Under the pieces are notes generated by a model. That model made no database searches. It was not told the origin of the DNA and saw only the letters and a list, made by a program, of their open reading frames with translations. A stretch of 61,807 bases of DNA, counting the filler, from Choristocarpus tenellus KU-1152 (Eukaryota > Protista > Phaeophyceae), in NCBI GenBank assembly GCA_964200185.2. It is 8 parts of 8 records of this genome, joined end to end, with 100 filler letters (N's around TTAATTAATTAA, not from the genome) between each part and the next. Parts side by side here need not be neighbours in the genome. Positions count along the whole stretch, not along the records: positions 27,253 to 51,485 come from CAXNAD020000221.1; 7 more parts are not named here. One strand, written 5' to 3'. The position numbers and the translations under genes were made by a program. Shown piece by piece: positions 36,501 through 48,500 of this stretch. Position 1 is the stretch's first letter. Every line of letters starts with the position of its first letter.

Positions 36501-39500
36501 GCTCATCGTGGGCCAGGTCTAGGCATAATAAAGGCAATGTTCCTGTGCTAATGCGCGACTATGATCATTGCCATGGGTCCTAAAGGGTCTCTTAGATTAC
36601 AATGTATCCAATTTGGAAAGACAAAGTTACCTTACTGTCTTGCTCCATTTCCCCCTTACCTTCTGTTTGAGGTACCTTGTGTACTTAGTGTAATAATCTG
36701 GATCGGCCACATTAATGTTGTATGCACGGTCAATGAGTACCTGATTGATGGAAAGGATTGATTTATATTTCAACAATTTCACAGATAGAAGCTGGGGCAA
36801 CGAGAATGATGGCAGTAGGGTGGACAGTCTTTGATTTTCTTTCCTCTAGGAGACCCTATGTGATGCAAAGATGCAGGATGACACTATTTCTTGACAGGTA
36901 TCAATTGTATTCTCAATGGTGTTATGTTCTCAGCATGAACATACACACAAAAAAAAACCCCATTCCTTGTCCATGCAAAGACTTACCTTATCTTCGAAGG
37001 TCTTTTCTGTCTCAGAGGGAAGAGAGCCTGCAACCCGGAGCCACTGCGCCGGGAGATTAAATGGAAGCTGTAATAGACATGGGTAGGGAGAAATGGTTGA
37101 GTGTGTCAGGGGTGGAGTGGATGTCGACAGTATATACAGATTCTGGATTGGAGTGTGTGTCTTTGATCAAGATGAAGATTTCTTGTTAGCATCCCTCTCC
37201 GTGTACTAGCTTCAAGAAATGCGTAAGGTTAGGGTTTGGTCGGAGTAGGAGTAGAAGAAGAATGTGGAAAATATTTCTTGCCTGCAATTCATCAAAGTTG
37301 CCCTTGTCAAGCAGGAACAAAAATGAATTTCTTGAAGGAGATTGAGGCTCGTATTTGGATCTGGCTGGTGTAAACACGAGCAGTTCTCCAACGTCCTCAA
37401 GTAGGTCATCAAAGTCCGAGTAGTAGCTCCCATGAAGAAGCTCAAGAGCAACCGTCACCTCGACCTCTTTGAGGGCTGTAATGGAGATGCTCAGAAGATT
37501 GTGTTTTGTATCCGGGTACCTTTGCGAGCATTTTAGGAATGGGAAGGTTCAGAAAGATGGGGATGTGAATAGAGCTATCACACTGAAGTTTCTTGCCATG
37601 TCAAATTATTTGACAATTTCTTACATACCTCTAAAAGGAAAGCTTCAAAAATATGTGTGCAGTAGATTGTTGCACACATATTTTTTTCTTGGAGCTGTTT
37701 CTGCTCAATACCCTCTGACTAGGGCACTGTTGTCTATATATTGGAAAGCAGAAGTCGGTTCATTGACAAATTCTTGGATCTCCAACTACTGTAAGAAAAT
37801 TGCATGGTACAAAAGAGCAGAACACGCTGCAAGGTATACACAAGTGGTACAAATTGCACTCAGGGAGTACCCAATTTGAACTAATTGGGGAGATATAAGT
37901 GTTTGCGATCAGTAGATTCAAAGAGTAGAATATCTGGATATACTATTTCTACCCACACAATGAAATTGTTGTGTACTTGGTACATGGTTTGGACTATATA
38001 TTGCCATTTACTCACATATAGTATATTCCACAAGCTTGTGGGCACCATTGAACTTTCTAAAATGCCAGACTAATCTGACGGTACTGCTGCGTAAGATATC
38101 AAACAATGTGAAACGACATCATCTAACAACACCATCAACAAAAACAATTGATCTGCTCAACCCCCCTCAATTAGATAAGAATGAAAGATAGCATGGTTAG
38201 CTCCTTGAAATTATGGTTGGACTCACCCTCTGTCGGTTGAAACATCAGAAAAGAATGGGGGTAGGCTATGTGACTCGCACTGACAGCATCCTTGTGTTGA
38301 TTGATATACTTCTCCTGGTGGACAATAAAAGTTCGGTGCATCAAGTTGAGTTGGGTGAACTGGGTATGTTACAAGATTTCCAACAGGAAGATAGTTGATT
38401 GTGCAATGAGGAACAGAGCAGTGGTGGAATGAGTTAGGCTGGATGAAATTCTCGTGAAATATTTTGGACCTGGCACTTGCTGTCCTACCATTAAACAAAA
38501 TTTCGTGTGACAACACAAATATAGGTCTAGAGTCCATGAAAACTAAGGTGCTTATTTTGCTATTCATTGTACCACAAAATTCTTTGTTCCAGTTGTGGCT
38601 CTTGTGCTGATTGCAGAGTACCCTGTATTTTGTCGATTTTTTCTATTTAAGTACTTGTAAGTTATTTGTGATCAAAACACCAGAGCCAAAGCATTTAGGA
38701 AAGTAGGGCCGGGCCGCCTCCGTCTGGGGTCCAAAATCCAATGTTGCGATTTGATGTAATTTTGGCTGTCATATTTGCTAGGAAGTGTCAATATCTGTGT
38801 TTTTGGACACACCTTTCATAGTTGTATACATTTTAGGTAATTGTGTTTACACAGAAACTAAAAAAGGGCTTAAAAAACCCTAGCCAAGCCCTGAACGAAC
38901 ATATGGGGCAAAACTCCGACCCTCTTAAATGCTGTGGGTCACCAGCAAAGAATCACTTGAGGTAGCTTTAGGAGGTAAAGATTCCTGATTGTCCTCTTTA
39001 TGAAGACGTCAATCTCTCTGCACCCAACCAATGTCTCAAATGGCACAAAAACCAAGAGTATTTTGACTAGGAATTTGGTCAAGTTTGTGTCAGATTAGTT
39101 GTGAGTAATACAATGGGCAGTGGTCTGCAGGATGGTGACCAAAGTTCTTGTCGTTATATTGCTACCTCTTAGAGCTATTGCTCCCACGTTCAGTGAAGAT
39201 ACTCAAGGACAACAAGTTCACAAAAAATTAATTATGCACAATAAGTGTATTTCCCTAATATAATATGCAGGTTTAGATAGCAGCAAGTTGGGAGTGGAGT
39301 TTTGGTTGTGCCCTTGCACACATATGTTTCACACAGTGCAGTACAAAATATTCATGAATACGCTGTAGGAAATCGAAACAGACATTTAAAGAATATATTT
39401 GGGAAACTGTATTGATTAACTGTTTGAAGGAGGTGTTGTGTTGGAAGGGGAACTAGCAGCTTGGGCTCGGTGAGACTTGTGTTAAGTTGGTCCTGAGTAG

Positions 39501-42500
39501 ACACTTCCTTGCCTTCTCATGGAGGTGCATTTTATGAAGTTACAACATATCGGGATACTGTAATAGGTTTCATAGAACACTACTGTTTGGCAAAGAGAGG
39601 ACTTGGCATTTAACAACTAGTCAGGTAGATGTCAACCTTCATGATCTTCAGGGGTGTAGAAAGAAGATGTTTCCTGGGTGGCCCCATCCTCTGCTTCACC
39701 ATTTTCATTGAACAAGAACTTCCACTCTAGGACTGGCCAATCAATGTCATCACAGAAAAAGGGGATCTGGCGGCAGCGGTACCTGAAGAATAGTTTTTGA
39801 GGATAGAAGAGCATCAGTAACAGTACCTTGATGTGTTGTTCAAACTAGCACATAGACATCCGCTATGGAATAGCACAATATGTTGAAATAGATCTTCCAC
39901 TACCACTTGGGAGGTCCCTGCTGTGTGATGAAAATTTCAATGAATACTCAGCACTTGGAAACGTTGTGTGGGAATGGCAGAAGGTTGGTGTTAACCTTAC
40001 CAGTCTGGCATTTCCATGGAATCCCATGCACTGGCACTAGTGCAATCCACCATTGTGCCATTAATATCATAGCAGGTGCTGAGAGTGTGTGTCTCAAGAC
40101 AACTTTCATATGCCTCTATCTGAAGCGACACACTGAATGAGGAGAATGTAGGGTGGGGAGTTGGTTTGAAATGTCTGAATTGCAAACATCAGTATAACAT
40201 TGTTGTGTGCTATATGTTTCATTGAAAATATATATAGAGCTAAGGAGAGTCTGTTGTCCAGGGTCAAGAGATATAATCGTTTCAAGTCAGCCACAAGGTC
40301 TACCTTGGAGAGGTACAGATAGGAGGCTCCACTTCCCTGTCACATTGATATTGTGTTGGACACGGCTTACAGTCCAGGTACACTGCTAGTTGATAGTGTT
40401 GGCCGTAGGTCATGTTGTTTGTCAGGGATGAAGTATCCAGAGTAATCACTGCAACCTGCAGCAACAGAAGGCGAACGTCAATTTGTTGGGAAACTCGGGT
40501 CATTGCAAGTTTTTGAGTTCTATCTGACTTCTGGGCACCAGATCTTGCAACTAGATGTTTGCAAAAAATATTTTCCAGTCATATGCACATCTCACATGGA
40601 ACCTTGGATCTCTCCCTGTTCATCTCAATATTTTGAATATAGGCTAAATGCAGCATGATTAATAATCCACTTGTGTGCATGGTCTTTTCTGTCGTTTTTT
40701 TGGAGATAGAATATTAGAAGAGGACTGTGTTGACACAAGGATTTCAAACCTAGCCGAGTCTTCAATATTATGGTGAAAAACGAGACGTTTTGGGTTATCA
40801 AGATTTAAGGATCTTCAGATGATATTGATTATCCAAAATAGCACAAAAATGATCGGAGATGACCCTGATATGGGCGGCTTAGCTCCTCAAGTGAAGAAGG
40901 GACTATAACTTTCCCACACCGTGTTGATGCTTCATTCTCACAAATAATATCAGTAATATCAGACCCATAACTGTGGGTAACTATTTCTTTGATGGTGACA
41001 ATTTTAACTTCAGAGGCCATTTGGAATAGTAATTTTGTTAATACCTGTCAGTTTCTCATCTGCCTTTGCCTCATGTCCTGACCAACCCATTGCCCCAGAA
41101 TCAAAGCATCTGGGGTGGGGGTGGTGGCTGTCCCTTTGGGGCCATTTTTTTCCATGTCGTAATTTTTGGAGCGATTCGATTGCATATTTCGGATAGATAA
41201 TGTAAGTGCACTTTTCCTGGTTATGGCTCTAATGGAGACCCTGGTGTAGACCCCCCCCCCAGAGACTTTGGGTCCTAACTTTCTCCCATCTCCAACATCA
41301 CTAAAGAAGTTGGAAATGTCAGTAATGGTGTCACTCGTAGTTGCTAGGCCATTGCTACCTCCTCCTCCGTTGCCTTCTTTCATGCATACGGTGTTTCATT
41401 CAGCCCTAAACGCTCTCCCACTTCCCATGGCCCTGACTCGTTGATGGTGGCTGGTGTATCACTCAAGTCATGCCAATACAAATACAACTTTGCTAAATGT
41501 TCCTTTGCCTGTGAGAACCAGCCTGTAATTGCCCCTACTGCAAGGGGTTCACAACCAAGGTAGTAGGAGCCAGCATCGAGCACGTAGAAGCACAAGTAAT
41601 TTTGTAGCTCCAATTGTGAATGTGCCCTCCTAACATCCTTAACCTCAATGTTGCTTAATGTGTGATGATATGCTACGAATTCACAGAGAGCCTACATCAC
41701 AGGGTCCTGCATGTTCAAGTTTTGTGTATAGGATGGTGCACCAGGGCGGCTTATTGTGGTATGGTGCGAATTTCGAAAGTGAAACCTACGAACCTATTGT
41801 TTTGAGAACAAGGTTCTTTTTTCTAAAATGAGAGAGATCGGGAAAAATACTATTTTCGACTTAGCTCAATCTTTCTAGAATCAATCTCAAAACTGAGATT
41901 GACAGTCTTATTCCCACCTCGTACTATGACCTACCAAGATTACTTTTAAAAGCTGCCTGTAACGTTTCTGGTACTTCCAAGTGAGATGTTTATTTTCAAG
42001 GTCAATCTTATTTTTTTTTACATGTTCAAAATAAAAGGGATCTTGTTCTTAATGACTATCACACTGATGTGGCCCAGCATAATATATAGTGTGTCGGTTT
42101 GGTTGGCATTGCAGAATATCAGAGAACAAGAAGTTGTTGGTAGGACACGTGAAATCAGTCGCACAGTTGGCATTTATTGATAATTTAATATCATTTTGCT
42201 AATAATCTACTTCTTAGCCAGTGGAAAGCAGTACGTTTCTGGAATAGCTGGCAGACCACCCACAAAAAGGCCCTATCTATTTCCCTGGTTCAGTATCAGA
42301 AGTATTGTGTAAAAGATAAGAAGCAACTCCAGTAGTATTAAAGATTGGAGTTGACTTGAATAATAGGTACAAATTAGCCCGACAAGGTGCTCAACAAAAA
42401 AAGGTATTCTGAAGTCTTGCAGTGATGCTTTGTTTGGCGTCCAAAACAACAAATGTCGTAGTATACACTTAAGATCATATGTATATGTACATGTCAATAT

Positions 42501-45500
42501 CTTGACAATATTCTATAGTATTGACCATTGCTCCGCCATCAATCGTAAGTGTTTCAAAGAGTCAAGACAAAACAAACTTTGCGCAGAATATGCTTCCTCC
42601 CACCTACTGCATATTAAAAAAACTCTCCATAATGGATGGTCGTTGTGTTTATTGTATATGGAAGATCCAATCATTTTATGAGTTGTTCTTGAGTGCATGC
42701 ATATTGCTTCAATGGAAATGTGTTGGGGGCTACTCTAATCGATTGGGATTGCAAGGCAGATTCGGACTACTTGAAGACAAGACCCCTAACCAATAGTTGT
42801 AGGCTCTGTAAACATACCTCAAGAGACTCAAGACGCATTGTCCCAAGGGCAAAGTCGTCCCGTCCCGTGAGCTCTGTGAACTCAGTTCCATTGTTGAAGC
42901 GATTGGTGTAGTTTGGGTTGGTCATGTAGCGCTCAGGGATGGAATTTAGTCGTCGTAGAATGCTCCCATCAGCCTGCAATGTTAATTCATCATAGATTTC
43001 AAAGCAGAAGCGAGAAATTTATTGAAATATGATCGAGAGGAAAACTATGTGCATGGTTTGAGCTATCCTTGGTTTGAGCTATCCTTGGTTTGAGCTATCC
43101 TTTGATTCACTTAGGGTACCTCGCAGTCAAAGATGTTGGTACTTCCACTTGAGGAGACAGTCCCATTGGGACACTTGAGCAATCTCTCGCATTCACACAT
43201 GTCCAGCCTCCCTGGCATTCCATCAGAATCCAACCAAACCAGTTCCTCCAAGCGTTCTGTGAGGGATTATTCCAGGTGTGTGACGAATTTCGACAGTGAG
43301 ATCTGACCTAGTCTGCAGGGAGAGACTAAATTTCAAACACACTGAAATCAGTGGACACCTAATTGAGTGAAAAAGGATCCATACAATCTGGTATCTGAAA
43401 AATGAAGTATAAAAGGAGTCTACCATGTCATCTGTAAGGCTATCATCGATTTAGACTCCACATCAATGCTATCCAGTTTCCCAAGCACTTTCAGAGGGAA
43501 GAAAAAATAAGAACATGGATAGCGAGGAATACTCATTCATTCTTTGTTGTCTTTGACTCAAAAATAGAAGGCTAAGAATATTTGCAACATTGTAATTTTC
43601 AAACCTCCAAACTCCTCAATGTATCGCACAGCCTGATAGAGGTTGTAGATATAAGGATCCATCGCATCCCTGGTGCCACTGACCCTATCCTCATACTGAG
43701 TTTTGTACTCCACCTCAACCTGCCCTCGAGAGGTGACGAGTGGTGAGGTTAAGGGGTGGAATAGTCATTTATGACTATAGTAGCACAAACATGTTATCTA
43801 CCACCGAGGTCAGAAATAATACCGTCACTTTAGCATGTAGGAAGGGAAATGAATAACAGTTTCTATATGTCTCTATAAGCTATCTTTTCTTACTTCCTTT
43901 TTTTATTTCTTTTGTCCACTAATGGTTTCTCTCCTGCCTAGTCTCAAGTCCTACCTATCCTTGCCATGAACATACCTCAGCCTTCAAGTCACCATATGAT
44001 GTGAAGTTTCGATTCTGAGTCCACGTAAACTGGACACCGAGTCCGGCAGTCAGGTTGAGCTCAAGGACTCCATTCGTGTACTTTGTAATGGACGGTAGCT
44101 GGCATAACACGGTCATCGTGTTAGAATATTAGAGCATGAACATAGGGCCGTGAATATCTTGAGTCCTTATGCATGAAATGTTGGATGCAAGCATTCCAAG
44201 AGACTGTGCTTACCTCATCGTCAGAAGGAATTGCACCGTCTGTGAGATTGATTGCGGCCCCATTTATGTCTAAGAAAGAACAATTCTTATTCTCCAAGTG
44301 CCGTCGCTCAAACCAGAAGTCTCGACCTCCATGGTAATCCTCGTGAATGCTTCCAATACCAAGGTCATCAAGAGTGCTCCCAGAACACTTCCAAAGGCGG
44401 TACACACCAGCGATAACATAAACCTAGAGTGGGGACGAGAACCAACATTGGGATTGTAATAGCAAGGGCGATATCAGTGAGTAGGCAAAATTGGATATGA
44501 TGGGAACATCTCGTTTTCATTTTTTTGTTGAACATGATAGAGGACAAGAAAATTTCAACATTTTTTTCTTTCCCACTGAAGATCAGTGCCTGTCTGGAGT
44601 TGTACAAGGAGTACTGGACACCTTGATCTTAAATTGCATGCACTGCGCAACCTATAGAGTGTCCACATGTTGTTCTCTTTCCATTTCATTCTGATCAGCT
44701 CATACGGTCTCTCCCTTGGGTGCTAGGTCGTGCTTTTTTTCACACCATGCTGTGAGGTGTCCTCATCACTGAACTCTTTGCACTGTTGCAACTCACGATA
44801 ACTTGCACAGTTTTCGATTTGGTTTTTTCCTCCAAATATGATGGGGGAGCATGCACACATCCAATGTGAATAATAGAATGTGCAATTGTGGTAATTTTGG
44901 ACGCCCATGCTTCAACAAGCCTTGGCACACACTACTCTTACTATATAGATGAAACATAATCTACTTCTAGATCATTGTGTGCAAAATTTCATTCAAATTT
45001 TGCAGGGATTTGGTTGGTGCTTACAAGAGAATTGATGAAGCAACTGGTACAAGAAGGCATTTTCCCGTTCAAAAGCATATTTTCTGGTGGTGTTGTTGTC
45101 TTCCACAATTTGAGGTTGACAGGGGCTTCACTGCTATCCTTGAGTTAGTTGACATGGCCAAGAAGAATTCGATAGAGTTTTGCATGCTTAAGAATGCAGA
45201 AAGGTTTGAAGCTAGGATGTGTGTCTGCAGCAGGGGATCACTGAAACACTGCAGGATACTCTACTTGTGTTGTTCACCTAGTAGACTGAAGCATTGCTGT
45301 ATATCTGGGAAAATAGAGTTTATTTGCAGAGCTAAAGAAAAACAAGAGGTACCTATATTATCACCACCTTCCATTTTAAGTCGCTCTTTTTCATTTCTTG
45401 GAATTCAACCTAATTTCTATGGATTAGGTGCTAAGAATGACTTGAGACCAATGAATTATCTCCTGTTTCAAGCCTTAGACAGATTTCTGCAAAGGACCTA

Positions 45501-48500
45501 TGTACACTTGCACATTTGCCAGCATCCTTAAAATGCAACCACGGGTACCTCTCGTTCATTTTGTCTCACATTTGATATCTTGCATTGCCTTACTTTCCTT
45601 TACTGACCTGGTTCACACAGTCACATTCCTCTCTCTCAATAGCCATGCTCACAAGCCGCCACTTATGGTCACGACCGCATGTGAGATCACTAGCAATGGC
45701 ATTGTTTATAATAGATGGGCGGGCATACCCCCCACCTATGAACAGGGATGTATCATTTGTATAGGGGAAACTGCCAGGCCGAACTTCCCGAAGAAAGTCA
45801 ACAGACAAGCTATTTGGTGCATCCAACTCCGTGAGCCAACGGGTGGCATAACGAAGTTTATGGTCCGTGCTGATGCCTTTGAGGCAGCGCAAGTCATGTG
45901 CGCTCACAAGCCTGGCATCCTGAAGAATAAGATGAGTGCATAAAGGGAGAAAGTGTTTCACTGCCAGGCCTAGAGATGTGGTCGAAATGACAAATCAACA
46001 TGACTTTTCTGTTCTAGAACCGATGCTTTGAGGTAAAAAAAATAACGTGGATCCACCCTCACATCGTCACCCAGATAATTGAGCTCTTTCATCTCCGACA
46101 AAGGGTTAGCCTCCGCTACAGACAATCCTCGGTTCACTGCATCGTCCGACATTTGTCCAGTCAGTGGATCTGCTGTACCAGCGGGACAAAAGTAGTCTTC
46201 GTAGCACTCCTGTCACCGAGAAGTAGGGGGGGACATTTTTCGATGCGTGTTGTGTACTCCAGAGGATGCGAAAAAAGAAAACTTACATATTTCAAAATGA
46301 TAAAATCTCAGGCTTAGTTTTTGCACAAAAAGGCTTGTAGCAGAAGGGTGGACTGTACCTGACGATATGCCTGCCCAAGTCCTGTTCCATCCATGCAAAC
46401 GAATCCAGCTGGGCAGAGTCGTGTGAATTGCCCCTAAAAATGAATTTGGAGTCGGGTAAGTGGTGATGTATACTTCTTGTTTGAGATTGCTAGTCAGTAT
46501 TCTCCTCAAGTATTCACAATTCAATATATCTGGTATTTTGTGGGAACATGAACAATTTCTTCATGTAGGATCTATATGCCAAGTCTGAGCAAGTGGGAGG
46601 ATGGAAGATATATCGGTTGCACTCGACGTAAGATGAAATATTCTGGAGTGAGGATAGTGGTGTCCAGGTTTCTTCTAGAAACATCAACAGCATTCATGGA
46701 AGACATGAAATGTGATACCTGAGGGAAGTATAGAGATGCATAGTCAATGAGTTCTAGAATCACTCAAGATTAGTTCATAACATCTCTTACAGTTAATAAA
46801 ACCACTCAACTCAAGGCCAGAACATCGGAAACATAAGCAAGTGACTTCACCTCTGGAGATTCCAAGTTTGGATCAGGTGTCGTCCCAAAGTCGCACACAT
46901 ACCCCTGTGACAAGGACATGTAAAAAAAATGGACTAATGCTTCAGTTGATTGATGCCTAGAAGTGTAGAAATGTGATGCAGCTCAATACATTTTGTGCTT
47001 GGTTGGGAATTTTTGTTGGATACCTGGGTGGAGTATACAGATGCGCTACAAGCTGCACTTTTGTACCTATCACTCAATCCCAGTTTCATGCACTTACCTC
47101 ACGGCATGGAAAATATCTGCTCTCTTCTGAGTTTGATGCCTCCTCACACACATATCCCTCTGGACATGCCTCTGCTTCAGGACTCTCATCAGTGTCACAT
47201 ATTATGTCGGCCTGGAGGCAGAAGGCGGAACAAACCGGTTATGGAAATTGGAATTATCATTGTGCTCTTCCTCCGTCAATGCCCCAGTGTGCTTATTTCG
47301 TACTACCTTTGATTATTAATATTCAACAAAGTTTGATAGGTTAAGTTGTAACCTCACCAATTGATCCTCACCTCACAAGTTCCTGGGTACCATGAATCGG
47401 ATATGAGAAACATTTCCTGTGACCCTCTGGGATCATGATGCCGATGTGTGTAGACAACAGTATCCATGTCATAGATCACATCCTTACTCTTGTTGCTCAT
47501 TAGCTATGATGGGAGGTTAATAGGGGTCAGGTTGCATGGTTCTGTTAGCCAACATAATATCCCCCGAGTCAAATAAAATCTATCTAATACCACCCTTGCC
47601 TGTGTTAAGGATGAAGCCAAGCGAGTACTTGAGACAACAAATACAAGGTCATGAATTTGTGGTTTGGATGGCAATGTACTTTAACGTGGCAGCAACAAAG
47701 CGCATTGGGGTACTGAATCTTACTACGCAGTACTAAATCTTACTACACAGTACTGAATCTTACTCCACCAGTTGAAGTAATACTACTCTGTTCATCCTTC
47801 TCTAGGGTCTTAACTACCTCTGTCTATCTATGGTAGTGCTTTACCTGGAACCCTGGTGTGCAGTTGAAGCTTGCATCATACACTCGAGACTTTGGAAGGT
47901 CAATGTAGAGGCTACCTTTGCCCCAGAACCCAATATAATTGTTTTCCTCCCCATATCCCTGATGCCTTTGCCCAGTTTGAATATCGTACTGTGGTCCATA
48001 ATAGTCACGCATGCGCTGATACACCTGATAATATAGTGGGAGTGTTTTCTTGTTATGAAGGTGACGCTACAGAAGATGTGGTGATCAATTACTACTGATA
48101 ATAATGCATAGGAAAAAATTATGATAAACACTAAACACTCCGCGATAGAAGGAACTGGAAAATGGATTAGTGCTCAAGATTTCACCAAGGTTCTGAAGGG
48201 GTATTAACAACATCATCAACAGCTCTACATGGTGTGATTTGAAAAACTTTAAGATCCCAACTCAGTCTTTCACATACCTTGCTGCCGTATCGTTGCTGGT
48301 TTCTGTAGCATTTGGCCTCACTCTGATAAAAAAGATTGTCGTTGTTCGTTGATCGAAAGTGTGCTCCACGGCCCAAGATATCAATATAAGGTGGGATCAG
48401 CTCTCCAAAGAAGTATACCTGGGTCGTGAACATATTTTTTCGTAGTTTCATGTGCCAAAGTATAAAGCAGACGGGTCAAAAAAGGTGTAATATATTCAGT

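Noticed and set aside
44977-45943. Plus-strand 184-aa and 147-aa ORFs
   Set aside because: Antisense to an exon and intron of the giant gene, and run through a MITE.
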